Below the pieces are notes generated by a model. It searched no databases, had not been told where the DNA came from, and saw only the letters and a program-made list of their open reading frames with translations. Positions 40,599-51,551 of a stretch of 64,000 nt of DNA are shown here, one piece after another; positions within the stretch are counted from its first letter, which is position 1, and each line of letters begins with the position of its first letter. The stretch comes from Pelagomonas calceolata. Taxonomy: Eukaryota. A program made the translations under genes and the position numbers. The stretch lies in the NCBI GenBank assembly GCA_918797485.1, contig CAKKNE010000001.1, forward strand, positions 4,464,001 to 4,528,000. Direction: 5' to 3'.

Positions 40599-43286
40599 CT
40601 AGTGGACTCGGAACTGGAAATATTGCCCAGCGCGGACGTTCGGCGGCACGGTGACGCGGTGCGCGCCGCGGCCGGGAACGTTCACGGTCAGCGAGGCACC
40701 CGGGCCGGAATTGGGCGGCACCTGGACGCGCATGAGCTGCGCGCCGCCGGCGGGCGGCGGCCGCGGTGGCGTGTGGGGCCGTGGCGGTCGCGGAGGAGGC
40801 GCCGCGTTGCCGCCGTACTCAAACTCGAAGGTCGAACCCGCGTAGACGCCTTGGGGGACCGTCACGCGCACGGTCTCGCCCGTCGGCGTGCGCACCGTCA
40901 TTACGGAGCCAGGACCCGCAGACGCCGGCACGCGGACCGTCGTCCTCCGGCGCGCCGGCGCCGGCGCTGGCCGCGTGGCCTGCACGACGGGCGCCGGCGC
41001 CGGCGCCGAATAGGCGGGCGGCCGCGGCGCCGGCGCGGGCGCGGAGTAGGCCGGCGGCCGCGTCGCATGGCGCGTCGCCCCGGCCATCACAACCAACATC
41101 AACTGGTCGCCGGGCCGGACGCCCGCGTCCCGTAAAGATAACGAGTCGTCCCTTAATACATTCCCTCGATTGACCAACCGGATGCTCTCCGGCCGCGAGT
41201 CCGACAACTGGGCGATCATCGACCGCAAACTTTCAACGGTCGTGTCGGCCGACAGAATGCCCGCGGGGAAGTCCGTCGCCGCGAAGGTCCGGCCGCCGTT
41301 CGTGCGCACGGAGATGTCGTAGTTTGTCGGCTCGACGGGCCGCGGCGTCTCCGTCCGGAAGGACCTCAAGCCCAAATTCTCCGCAACCACAGTAGCCAGG
41401 CCGTCCTCGCGCACAAAGTCTTCTCTTGTAACTCGACTCTGAATGTCGCACGCGGCTAAACAAGCTCTAACTAATTCCGCCGTGCCCCGCACTTGCCCCC
41501 GATCACCTCTCACTTCTAAAGAGTGGACCAAAGCCCTAAGCACCTCGCCCTCCTCCAAATATCCAACCCCGTCTTCGTCCCAATAGTCGAACCAGGCGCC
41601 CGGCTCGCTCTCGAGTTTCGGGGGCGGCGGTCGCGGCGTCTTCGGAGTCGCCTTGTTCAACCCCGCTCTCTCTAAAAAGGCCACGAGACCTCTTTCTGGG
41701 GCGGCGATGTCGTCATAGGCAAGAGTACCCGAGCCGTTATGGTCGAAGTGCGCCCACAGTGAATCCCACCGCGCGTCGATCGCCTCCTCGTCCACCGGTA
41801 ATTGGGCTTTGAGGGTGGCTAGGACATCTTCGGCGGCCACTTGACCGCTCCTATCTAGATCGACGAGATCGAACCACCTCCTCGCATCGTCGAAGATGGA
41901 CGGTAAAGCTGTCACGCCCGCGCTCGCCCTCCTACAAAGGGGGCAGAGTGGTGCACCGTTATTATCTCTATAGGAAGGCAAATCCTTCAAACAATCAAGG
42001 TGCACGACGTGCCGACATAACCGCCGCCCCGCGTCGTCCAACAACACGCCCTGCGTCCTTTTGTATAGTTCATCAAAACATACGGCGCACTCGCAGTGGT
42101 CCTCGTGCGCGTCGTCGTCGACAACACATGCCGCGAACGCCTCGACGAGGTCCGCCGGCTCCGAGCTCACGTTCGAGTCGGCGCGCTGGACGCGCGCGGG
42201 CGCGAGGACGTGGTCGCCGAAGGGGTCGTTCGTTGGCGGCGGCGCCCTCGCATGTGCGGGGTCCAACGCGTCGGCGGCCGCGAGGAAGGGGTCGGGCGCC
42301 GGCGTCGACGATGTAAATGGGTTCGGCGGCGCCGAGAAGGGGTTTGATGGTAGTTGCGCGGCCGGTCTTTGTGGAGGGACGGGCGCGCGCGCCGGCGCGA
42401 GGACGTGGTCGCCGAAGGGATCCGGTGATGCTGTTGTTGAAGACGCGAAGGGGTTCGCCGGCGCGGCGAACGGGTTTGCCGGTGGCGGCGGCGCCCGCAC
42501 GGCCGGCAGTGGCGCGACGCCCGCCGCCGCGCCCAGCGGCAGCGTCGCGCCCGTCGTCGCGCGCACGACGCCGCCCTGAGGTCTCGCCGGCGTCGGCGGC
42601 GGTGCTGGTATTAAGTCGTCGCCGCGCGCCACTCGTACTAATTGATCCAACCACGCCTCCTTCTTCGCCGCGGAATGGGCGGCGAGATCATACTCGAAGC
42701 CGCCGGGCACCGCTATCGAAAAGGAGTGCTGCTTGGAGCCGTCGACGTCATCAGTACAGACCATCGCGTTCGCGAGAGGTATGGTACCTCTAGCGGCCGG
42801 CGCCGACGGGTCCGCGTTGCGGCATAATTGGACCTCTCTCGTGTGCAGGCCCCGGTGGAAGTAGAGGAGGCAGCTGCTCTTGGGCACCAAGACGAAAAAT
42901 CGCCGCTGCCACGCGCCGCGCCGCCACCCGGACGTCGCTCTTCGCAAAAGCCACCCATACAACGCCGGGTCGTCGGCGAAGGAACTGGCTCTTGTCATTG
43001 CTGCCGAGTTGGATCCTCTTGGGGACGCAATTCTTCTAACTATTCGCGTCGCGCCGCTCGCGACGTTCACCTGGATGATCTTCGTCGACGGCGGCCGCGG
43101 CATGCGCTCGCTCCGCGCGTTGTCGCCGAACCGCACTTCGAATTCGCGCAGCCCGGGCGGGTTCTGCGGCATCGTGAGGAGGATTTTATTCTTGTTCGCG
43201 CGGTAGGCGTCCTCGATGACTTGGTTGTCCGCGTCCGAGAAGGCGTGCCAGCGGTTGTCCGCGTCTCTGTGTTCATATTTTGCCAT
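40599..43286 (-). CDS. Multidomain WWE-PH-(NPF/DPF)-RING-EF-hand-ubiquitin-like protein
   Basis: WWE (YEHRDAD.RW.AFS...N..IE.AY), PH (GWL.R...WQRRFFVL...W...L), RING (CAVC...C.H..H..C...CPLCR), EF-hands (DLDRSGQV, DHNGSGTL, DEDGVGYL), Ubl (TVESLR..I...IRLV.RG.VL.DD..L...GV). Confidence 0.8.
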   Translation of the reverse strand: MAKYEHRDADNRWHAFSDADNQVIEDAYRANKNKILLTMPQNPPGLREFEVRFGDNARSERMPRPPSTKIIQVNVASGATRIVRRIASPRGSNSAAMTRASSFADDPALYGWLLRRATSGWRRGAWQRRFFVLVPKSSCLLYFHRGLHTREVQLCRNADPSAPAARGTIPLANAMVCTDDVDGSKQHSFSIAVPGGFEYDLAAHSAAKKEAWLDQLVRVARGDDLIPAPPPTPARPQGGVVRATTGATLPLGAAAGVAPLPAVRAPPPPANPFAAPANPFASSTTASPDPFGDHVLAPARAPVPPQRPAAQLPSNPFSAPPNPFTSSTPAPDPFLAAADALDPAHARAPPPTNDPFGDHVLAPARVQRADSNVSSEPADLVEAFAACVVDDDAHEDHCECAVCFDELYKRTQGVLLDDAGRRLCRHVVHLDCLKDLPSYRDNNGAPLCPLCRRASAGVTALPSIFDDARRWFDLVDLDRSGQVAAEDVLATLKAQLPVDEEAIDARWDSLWAHFDHNGSGTLAYDDIAAPERGLVAFLERAGLNKATPKTPRPPPPKLESEPGAWFDYWDEDGVGYLEEGEVLRALVHSLEVRGDRGQVRGTAELVRACLAACDIQSRVTREDFVREDGLATVVAENLGLRSFRTETPRPVEPTNYDISVRTNGGRTFAATDFPAGILSADTTVESLRSMIAQLSDSRPESIRLVNRGNVLRDDSLSLRDAGVRPGDQLMLVVMAGATRHATRPPAYSAPAPAPRPPAYSAPAPAPVVQATRPAPAPARRRTTVRVPASAGPGSVMTVRTPTGETVRVTVPQGVYAGSTFEFEYGGNAAPPPRPPRPHTPPRPPPAGGAQLMRVQVPPNSGPGASLTVNVPGRGAHRVTVPPNVRAGQYFQFRVH

Positions 43287-43524
43287 CTTCTTTTTTAGGG
43301 GCGGCTTGCTTTTTTTTTTAGTGAGCGCTTACGGCTGCTTGCGCCCGTACGCTGCTCTCAGCAGTGAGTGTCTTCTAGGCTGCTGGGTACCGCGTCGGGC
43401 GGGCCGAGATGGCTTGACGGTCTGGTGCCGCTGTCGCAGACTCTGATATACAGCAATACAATATGAAACGGTGATCACTGCTTGCTTTGGCCCAGCCCAG
43501 CGTTTTTTTGCCCTCTCGATTTTG

Positions 43525-43543
43525 CTAGTATCGGTAACGCTAG
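43525..43543 (-). promoter_or_regulatory. CTAG motif variant (11-nt spacer)
   Basis: Reverse complement gctagcgttaccgatactagca, about 240 bp upstream of ATG 43286. Confidence 0.4.
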
Positions 43544-43567
43544 CTAACAACGAAATTGAAACACGCA

Positions 43568-44365
43568 TCAGCCGCGAAACTTACCAACGGCCCCGGGAGA
43601 AACGCCGTGCCGGCCTTCCAGCGGCGCGGGGGGAAAGAAGCCGCCAACCAGTCGGTGGTGGCCCCACGGCTTTGGTGCCGAGGCGGGGCGGATCCCGGGC
43701 GGCGGCGCGAGTCGCACGACGCGGCGCCGCGGCCTACGGCGCGGCCGTCGCGGCGGCGGTGCCGCCTCCGCGTCGTCGGCCTCCTGCCACGGCCGGCGAA
43801 CTTTGGAAGGGCAGCTGGACCCGAGGCGCCACGTGTTCGTCGACGAATTCCAGGGCACCTCGTCCATGGACCGCGCCGGCGGCGACGCGTAGCCGATCGA
43901 CAGGAACTCGCGCTCTCGCAGTTCGCCACGCGTGTGCGGCCGGCGCGCGTCCCACTCCTCGGGCGACGCCGGGGGCGGTATTTGAGAGGCCGTCGCGGGC
44001 CGGCTTTGGACGCCCGTGCTGTGCGCGGGCCTCCTCTTGATCGGCGTCGTGCGCAGCAAGCGCTGCTCGAGCGGCTGCAAAAGCGGCCTCTTCGGAGCAA
44101 AGGCCACGTTGCGCGAGGCCCAGCGCTGCGCGTCTTCATCATCATTGTTCACGCTCCAGCCGATCTTCTCCTCGTCGTCGCTGACTTGCTCCACCGCCGG
44201 GGGCGGCCGGCCTAAAAGTCGCGCCTTCATGGCCTGGAACTCGGCGTCGTCGATGATGCCCTGTCTTTTCAGGGCGGCCCACTCGCGCAGCACGCCGGCC
44301 GTCTTCATAGCTCTATCTAGTTCGTCGCGCTGGTTGAGACTGGGGGTCCACTTGGCTGGGTCCAT
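43568..44365 (-). CDS. Hypothetical protein with SHOCT-like domain
   Basis: LREWAALKRQGIIDDAEFQAMKARLL. Confidence 0.65.
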   Translation of the reverse strand: MDPAKWTPSLNQRDELDRAMKTAGVLREWAALKRQGIIDDAEFQAMKARLLGRPPPAVEQVSDDEEKIGWSVNNDDEDAQRWASRNVAFAPKRPLLQPLEQRLLRTTPIKRRPAHSTGVQSRPATASQIPPPASPEEWDARRPHTRGELREREFLSIGYASPPARSMDEVPWNSSTNTWRLGSSCPSKVRRPWQEADDAEAAPPPRRPRRRPRRRVVRLAPPPGIRPASAPKPWGHHRLVGGFFPPAPLEGRHGVSPGAVGKFRG

Positions 44366-44806
44366 GTTTTATGGTCCTGTGGCGCGGCGAAGGCGTACCG
44401 GCTGCCGTTTGCGCGTGCGTGTGGTGTCCACGACCGCACTAAGGTCCGCGGGGCAGCCTGGTAAGCGTCGTGGGAGCGACGGCGCCGCGCAGCACGATGC
44501 TCTCATGCGAGTGCGCTGTGCATCTCACAGCCGCGAGGCCCGGAGAGCCTAGTGTGCTCGCGCGCCAAAGCTCCTTTATGTCTGGTCCGAGGCACGACTC
44601 CGTGGCTCTGTTTCAGAAGCGTCAACGCGAGTTTGATTTTTTAGCATCTTTAGCTAAAAATTTTAATCGTCTTCGCTGCCATTTGTATTGGCAGTGCTAC
44701 GCCGCGAGGCAATCCGTGACGCGGAGACTGTGCCAGAGGGTCACAGTTGATCCGTTTGTCAAGGCGCAAACAACTCCGGCATCAGTGCCGCACCGACGCC
44801 AGCACA

Positions 44807-45625
44807 ATGGAGGAAATCCGCAGTGGCTCGCGAGGCCGCTCCCGCTCGCCGCGCGGCCGGAGCCCGCCGAGAGGCCGCTCCCGCTCGCCGCCAAGGAGGA
44901 GCCGCAGCCCGCCGCGCGGCCGGAGCCCGCCGCGGGACCGCTCGCGGAGCCGGAGCCGCGGCCGGTCGCCGCCGCGCGGCCGCAGCCGCAGCCCGCCGCG
45001 CGACGGCCGCGAGCCGCCGTCGCCGCGCGAGCCGCGCGGCGAGGGCGAGGACGCCGAGCGCAAGCCGCGCGTGCCGCCCGAGGAGGAGGTCGGCCGCCAG
45101 GTCTACGTCGGCAACCTGAATTTCAACACGGACAAGAAGATGATGGAGGACGCCGTGGGCGAGTACGGTAAAATAAGAGACATCTACATGCCGGCGGATA
45201 ATGATGGGAGGCCCCGCGGCTTCTGCTTTGTGACCTTCGAGGAGAAGACCCAGGCCGAGGCCTGCGCCCTGGGCATGAACGGCCGCGAGCTCGACGGGCG
45301 AGTGGTAAGGTGCAACATCGCGCGGCCGCGGCCGACGCCGGACGAGCGCCGCCGCCGCCGCGACGACTACGACCGCCCGCGCGGCCGCCGGCCGCCGGAC
45401 GGCCGCATCTTCGTGGAAGGGCTGCCCGACGACATCAAGGAGCGCGAGCTCGACGACCTCTTCTACCGGTACGGCCGCATCGACTACATCGAGATCCGCC
45501 GCGACCGGCGGCGCCTGGAAGCGTGCATCTGCTACTTCGACCGGCGCGACGCGGCCTACGCGGCGCGCGAGACGGACGGCATGCGCTTCGAAAGGGACAA
45601 GCTCCGCGTGGACCTCGAGCGCTAG
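44807..45625 (+). CDS. SR-type splicing factor (N-terminal RS domain plus 2 RRMs)
   Basis: RSRSP repeats; VYVGNL, PRGFCFVTF, IFVEGLP. Confidence 0.9.
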   Translation: MEEIRSGSRGRSRSPRGRSPPRGRSRSPPRRSRSPPRGRSPPRDRSRSRSRGRSPPRGRSRSPPRDGREPPSPREPRGEGEDAERKPRVPPEEEVGRQVYVGNLNFNTDKKMMEDAVGEYGKIRDIYMPADNDGRPRGFCFVTFEEKTQAEACALGMNGRELDGRVVRCNIARPRPTPDERRRRRDDYDRPRGRRPPDGRIFVEGLPDDIKERELDDLFYRYGRIDYIEIRRDRRRLEACICYFDRRDAAYAARETDGMRFERDKLRVDLER

Positions 45626-45693
45626 ATGCGGCGCGCCGACGGCGAGGCTCGTCATTAAGTAGACATAATCTTTGAATGTCCTTACGAAGGATC

Positions 45694-48600
45694 TTAGGAA
45701 GGAGTCGTTGCCGCCCGCGCCGCCGCGACGTCGGCGGGCGTCAGCGCGACGCGGTTCGCGACGTAGTAGGGCGACATGACCTGGGACGGCGCACCGTGCG
45801 CGAGGCCCAGGCAGTGGCCGATCTCGTGTAAAGCCACGGGCAGGAGGTAGAAGGCGCCCGGCGTCTGCGCCATGCCTTGTAGGAGCCAGTCCTCGCGCGC
45901 GTCGAAGGTCAGACTTTTGGCGTCCGCCTTCGCGAGGGCGCCGCCCGGCCCGTCGAAGCGCACGTCGCGCGGCCCGCACCAGTCGACCGTGATGTCGGCG
46001 TCGGGGCCTTCTTCCGGTCCTCCAATCCTCTCAAATTTCACCCCAGATGCCGCGGACCACATGGCAAACGCATCATCTATTTCATCCAAAACGCCCTGCC
46101 TAGATAAATAACCAGGTGTCGCATCGGAGACGGTGTACGTCACTACGCTGTCGCTCATATAAACACTGATACCGGCGCCGATGTCCTTCGAGGCATCATG
46201 TCTTGGTTTTTTCAGGACCGAGATCGTCTTCGGCCCCACGATGCCATCTGACTTCAATCGATTGATCTCCTGGAAAGCTTTCAAAGCGTCCAAGGTCTTC
46301 TCGCCGAACTCGCCATCCAACGCCCCGTCGTAGAATCCAGACACGGTCAACTTTTCCTGGACGGCTTTCGTACAATCGCTGCTGTCCCCTTCTTGTAATT
46401 GTGAAGCGTCGCGCCACCAGGGCCCCACGAGTTCCGGGAGGGGAATGCCCGTGTCCTGCGACGACTCGGCATCTAACTCTATGAGCTCATCAGTGTTCGC
46501 ATCAATCACTAGTGTTTTGAGCACGACGTCCTTCCTCCCTAGATGGAGCGTGTGCCTTAACTGTCGCGTGACGTCGACCATGATGTCAATGCGCGTCTTC
46601 GAGCGGCAGTTCTCGCAGCCCCCATTATCTCCTCGCCCCCCGAAGATCGATGATGAGCCGCCATAGTACTGGTGCTCGTCGCGGGGGCAACGCACGAGAG
46701 GCACCTCAAAATTTTCAGCGTCTTTGGGCACGACAAACACGTGAATGAGGTAGGCCTGGTCCTTGAACACTTCCAATCCTAAATCCAGTCCTCTGAACAA
46801 CGCGTAGTCCGGCGCCTCGCGCAGTCGCGAACGCGGCTGCTTCGGCAATGAATCGTAGGCGTAGCCCAGATGCGCCGCGTCGAACAAATCCGCGTGTTTA
46901 TATATATCTCCTGTATTTTTGTTGACGAAGGGTCGCAGCTCCGTGTTGTATTCTCTAGAATTGTACCTCTGGAACTCCGACTGCGAGTCCGGGTGGGCTT
47001 GCAAGTAAGCCTCATATAACCGATCCACGTTGCAGTGGTGGAGGAAGAAGGCCGGGTAGAACGCCGCGTAGCTTGTGGTGGTCATGGGGTAGCCACCTGT
47101 GTGGAAATCAAACTTTACGGCGCGTTCGTGCTGAATCGTCGCGTCGTCCTCCACGCCATCGACGCGACGCCTGCTCGATGGCGTGGCGATGCCGATTCCT
47201 CACCGCTCGACCGAGCCAGCGCGGCCGCACCATCGCCGAGAAATGACTTAGTGAAGAATTGTGCACCCGTCGCACTTGTTTATTTCCACACAGATACCCA
47301 CAAGCGACGTGCACGTAGTTGTGCGGGCTCTCGACGTCGTCATTCGAACCCGTCGCCGTCGACGCCGCGGCGCCGTGCTGCGATGTGGTCAAAGCGTTGT
47401 CGGCGTTCGTTCGCACATTGTACCTCTGTAAAAGTGATAGGATCTCCTCGTCATCGTTGATCCTAGAGAAGCCCCGGTCCTCGAACTGCTCCGAGGAAGA
47501 GTTTGAAGGATCGATGAGATCGCGCGGCATCTCCGAGAAGTAGTCCCTTATGACTTTCGGCACGACCTCGCCATTCAAGGAAGGAGCATACATGCAGTCC
47601 CAGTAGGGAAAGCCGATCCGGCCATCGTTGCCTAACTGTTTATCGGCCTCCCTCAAAGCGTTTTCCATCTCCATCTGGTAGGCGCGGTGCCAGCCCGGGA
47701 ACGACTCCCTCCTATGAGCACAGAGGCCCGTCGCGCCCGTCTCCAGGTCGCCGGGCCAGCCGTGGTAGCCCGCTATCCTAGCGTATTCTGATGTCCCAGG
47801 TCCATTGGGAGCCTGCATCATGCGATACAAGGCTCGCGCGAAGCGTAATTGTTCGGGCCGCGACAGCGATCTAACTTCCCTTCTAACTACAGGCTCCGCA
47901 TCTAACCTAGCTTGCTCGGCCGCGGCCGCGGCTTCCTCCTTTCTTCGTCTCTCTTCTTCTTCCGCTTGTAAGCGCCTCTCCTCTGCCTCTTTGGCTCGCT
48001 GCTCGGCGGCCTCCTTCTCTTTACGCAAGGCTTCCTCGCGCTCCTTGGCCGCCTGCGCGGCCCGTTCGAGGGCGAGTTGTTCCTCCTTGCGTTTCGCTTC
48101 TTCGGCCTTGCGCTCGGCGTCCTCCCTTCGTTTCACCTCGAGGGCTTCGGCCTCGGCCTTGGCCTTCGCGACGGCCTCCAATCTCAATTTCTCGGCCGCC
48201 TCTTCCCTAGCTTGGCGCTCGGCCTCCTGGGCGCGTTTGGCCGCCTCCTCGGCCTTCTGTCGTTTCAGTAACTCCTCGGCCTCTCTCAATCTCGTCGCCT
48301 CGGCCGCCGCCGCCTCGCGCGCCGCCGTCGCCTCGGCCTCGGCTTTCCGCGCGGCGGCCCGTTCCGCGGCCTCGGCCTGGGCCTTGGCCTCGGCCTCGGC
48401 CGCTGCAAGTGCCGCTTCTTCTTCCCGTAGCCGTTGTTCCTCTTCCGCCGCCGCGAGGGCCGCCGCGCGCTCCTCCGCGGCGACGCGCTCGGCCTCGGCT
48501 TTTTCCGCATCGTCCTCAGCCAGGCGCTTGGCCTGCGCTTCGTCTCGAATCCTACGGGCGTCGTCCACGGCGTCTCCCGTAAAAACCCACGCCAGCGTCA

Positions 48601-49669
48601 CGGAGCCCTGCGGCTCGTCGAAGCCCTCGGCCGCCGTTGTTAATGAGAACGTCCGCCGTCCACCCGACCCTTCAAACAAAAACGCCCCCGGCCGCGGCGC
48701 GATCGACGCGTCCACGCTCCCCAGGGCCTCGTGGCTGCCTCGAGAATCATAATCCGTCATCTCGACTCGGAGTGAGGAAGTGGGCACCTTCGCCGCGTCG
48801 ATATCAAACGAAAAGGTCTCGTTCCACTCCGGCGAGAGGTCGTTCCAGACGTGGGACGTTTTGACACTTTCCACATCTTCGCCGTCGACCACAAGCGTGA
48901 CCTGGCAGTAGGGGTCGGACTGGCTCCGCTCCTTCCTGTCATTCGCTAAATTCGCGGCGCTCACGACCGTTACACTGAGCTCGACTGTACCTTCAGAGCT
49001 CGTCTCGCTCTGGACCGCCCTAGAAGCGTAGGCGTCGGCCACTTGCTGGACGACCTCGGCGCGCTTGTCCTCCGGGATAGCGTTCAGTGAGGAGGCGACC
49101 CACTCTACCACGGCAGAGGCGTCCGCATCTATAGCGGGCGGCGCGTCGATGGACGACTCCGCACTAACAGTGCGCGACCAGGCGAGCGTGACCGAGCCGG
49201 GCGGCAGCGCGCGCACGGTCGACAGATCTAGGGTCAGCGGCGTCGACCCGCCTAGGCCTATCAAGGGCACTGTCGTGTCGCCCAGCGGATCATCAGAATT
49301 CGTCCAGTCCTTGTCCATCACTCTCACTTGCAAGGACGACGCTCTTGTATTTGAGAAGGTGAAGCGCTGCTCCCCAAAGTTCGGGTCCAGGTCGTTTTTC
49401 ACGTAGTCCGTCTGCTGTTCGTCGTCATCAACTCTCAAAATGACGTAGGGGTCGCTGATGCCGCGGCTCCCGTCCGTCTTAGGCAAATCGTTCGCGCCGT
49501 AGAGCGTGACGGTCACGTCATAGGACACTTCCACGGCGGCGTCGAGGATGGATGCGGCCTCGGCGTGGGCCCGGGTGCGCTGCGCCAGCGGGACGCGCGG
49601 CCAGGCGTCCTCGATGGTCTTGCCTTGCTCTCCGAACGAGCTTTGCAAGGCACTCGCGCCGGCCCCCAT
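45694..49669 (-). CDS. C2-C2-coiled-coil-tyrosinase-PG-binding-matrixin (M10) fusion with myristoylation-like N-terminus, 2 exons, ~1256 aa
   Basis: Exons 49669-47302 and 47096-45694. MGAGAS; two C2 domains (SDPYV/SDPYC); CuA YHG..C.H...FPGWHR; CuB ESPHNYVH...FFLHHCNVDR; DGEFGEKT..ALKAFQ...DGIVGPKT; HEIGHCLGLAH and a Met-turn VMSPYY. Confidence 0.9.
47097..47293 (-). mobile_element. Full-length introner (197 bp); intron 47301-47097, GT-AG
   Basis: TIR ctgtgtggaaat / atttccacacag; sense-strand TSD gtgggtat / gtggctac; aligns end to end with 29525-29725. Confidence 0.96.
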
Positions 49670-49886
49670 GACTTTTGTTTTGTGGCAGCCCCGCGGTCCT
49701 TCTCACGTTACCGGGCAGCCCCCTTGACGCGTTCAAATGCAGCGCTTCGGAGGCGCTGTCGTCCAGCCAAATCTGCGGGGAGGGTAGGATACCCCTACTG
49801 GTACCGGTATCTTACTGCACCCAGGCTGGGTGGCGTAGAATAGCGACAATAGCGTTCTCTCGGGGCCCGGAAGACGCCAACAGTCA

Positions 49887-51212
49887 TCAGTCGTTACACA
49901 ATAAGTTCAGCAAGGCGTTCAAATCCGCCAACCCGACGGCGTTCCCGACCGCGTAGGTGGACCCGCGCCGCTCCCGCATGAGCCAGGGGCACGCGCGCCG
50001 CGGCCCGACGCCGCCGCCGCAGGCGTCGCCCGAAAACTGTGAATCGTACAGGGACGCGTTCCTGGCGACGAACCTGGCGAAGCCCAGGTAGTGGTGCTTG
50101 TTGTTCGCGTCGAAGAGGCGCGGCGCGGTGATCGCGAACGTGTCGTGGACCAGGACCTGAGGCAGTTCTGTCGCCAAGAATTCAAGCTGGCGCGCCGTCG
50201 CCTCTCGAATTTTAGAATTTGTCCGCCCGTCGAGCTCCTCCCTCCTGTAAGAATAGGCGGGCATCGTCCGCCAGACAAGTTTGGTGGAAGGGGGCAAACT
50301 GCCATGTAAAGCCCGGATCGTCTTTTGCCAATCCTTGACATACGTCTCGACGTCGCCGTCCCGCAGCCGCCAGTGGCCCCAGTTCGCCACCACAACTTTC
50401 CTGTTTCGAGCGTCCACGTTTAAGTCACTGGTGGGGTCCTCGGCCGCCATAAATACAACATCACCTGTACTTTCGAGGTCGGCCGGCTGGTCGGTCAACG
50501 TGTCGAACATGAGACGCGTGTGGCTGTCGCCCACGAACAGGGGCCGCTTTGATTGGAAGCATGTCTCCGCCTCTTTACGAGAGTAGATCTGCCAGGTGCA
50601 GCGCGGGCGCCACTCGCGCGCTCTCCAATTTCCATCATGGGCGCGCGGACCCTTTGTCCCTAAACCGGCGCAAGGGCGCGAGACGGTGCGCTCTTTGGGC
50701 ACCTTGACCTTCCCTAATCTTTCATCTCCACCAGCTCTTAGGACGCGACACAACGGCTTCGAAGTGGGTGAAAACGCCTCCTTGGCCGACGCGTGCATCC
50801 ACAGCACCCGCAGATCGTAGGTGCCCGCCTCGATCGGATTCGGTATGACGATGTCATAGTAGAACGGCGCGGTTCCATTATCGTAGGCGCCGCCGATCCT
50901 GGCCACAACCTCGCAGGGCGCTCGTAAAGGCCCTTCTCTCGACGTCCGATCGAGGCGGCACTCGAAGGCGGCGCCTGGACCAACACTACTCCGCATGTGC
51001 GCGGCGGCGCCCGCGAAGTCCAGGCCGAGGCGCCCGATTTCAAACGTATTCGCCGGTGGTGCTGCATTTGTGCAGTACTTGTCTGCATCATTGACGTCCC
51101 ACATTTCCGGTCGCATCGATGGCGCGGCGACGATCCAGTTCGGTTTCTTGTGCGCCGCGATGATGGTTGGTAGGATGGTGCAGAGCCACATGGCTGGGTA
51201 CCGGGCAGCCAT
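49887..51212 (-). CDS. Secreted SGNH/PC-esterase (NXPE/TBL-like) acyl-esterase or acyltransferase-like protein
   Basis: Signal peptide; W.P.C, CF..K..LFVGDSHTR, NWGHW, late D...HHY. Confidence 0.65.
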   Translation of the reverse strand: MAARYPAMWLCTILPTIIAAHKKPNWIVAAPSMRPEMWDVNDADKYCTNAAPPANTFEIGRLGLDFAGAAAHMRSSVGPGAAFECRLDRTSREGPLRAPCEVVARIGGAYDNGTAPFYYDIVIPNPIEAGTYDLRVLWMHASAKEAFSPTSKPLCRVLRAGGDERLGKVKVPKERTVSRPCAGLGTKGPRAHDGNWRAREWRPRCTWQIYSRKEAETCFQSKRPLFVGDSHTRLMFDTLTDQPADLESTGDVVFMAAEDPTSDLNVDARNRKVVVANWGHWRLRDGDVETYVKDWQKTIRALHGSLPPSTKLVWRTMPAYSYRREELDGRTNSKIREATARQLEFLATELPQVLVHDTFAITAPRLFDANNKHHYLGFARFVARNASLYDSQFSGDACGGGVGPRRACPWLMRERRGSTYAVGNAVGLADLNALLNLLCND

Positions 51213-51320
51213 TTTTCACGCCACGGGCCACCTATCAACTGAAAGCGTCATGTACGCGGCTGGGAAGGCACCGCTACGTGCCTTAGTGGGCGCAAACTCG
51301 GACGAGAGCGAAAATTCGAG

Positions 51321-51342
51321 CTAGTATGCTACAGGACGCTAG
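51321..51342 (-). promoter_or_regulatory. CTAG-N14-CTAG motif copy
   Basis: Reverse complement ctagcgtcctgtagcatactag between divergent starts 51212 and 51552. Confidence 0.55.
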
Positions 51343-51551
51343 CTAACTTGCGCAGCAAGGCGCTGCCCAAGTTATCTGCAATTCTGGCAGCGAAGCGAGG
51401 CATTGCGCTTCATTTTCATCGATCATTAGCGTCCGAGAATTGACTTGGCGACACACCTGGCTCGAAGCGCTCTTTTTGCTTCGGAGAGCATCCGGCTGCT
51501 ACCACAGCGCTCGCGAGCACTACCACAGCGCTCGCGAGCACGCGGCGAAGA

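Noticed and set aside
45694..47154. Separate metalloprotease gene starting MEDDATIQ
   Set aside because: That start lies within the introner; the segment is exon 2 of the tyrosinase fusion.
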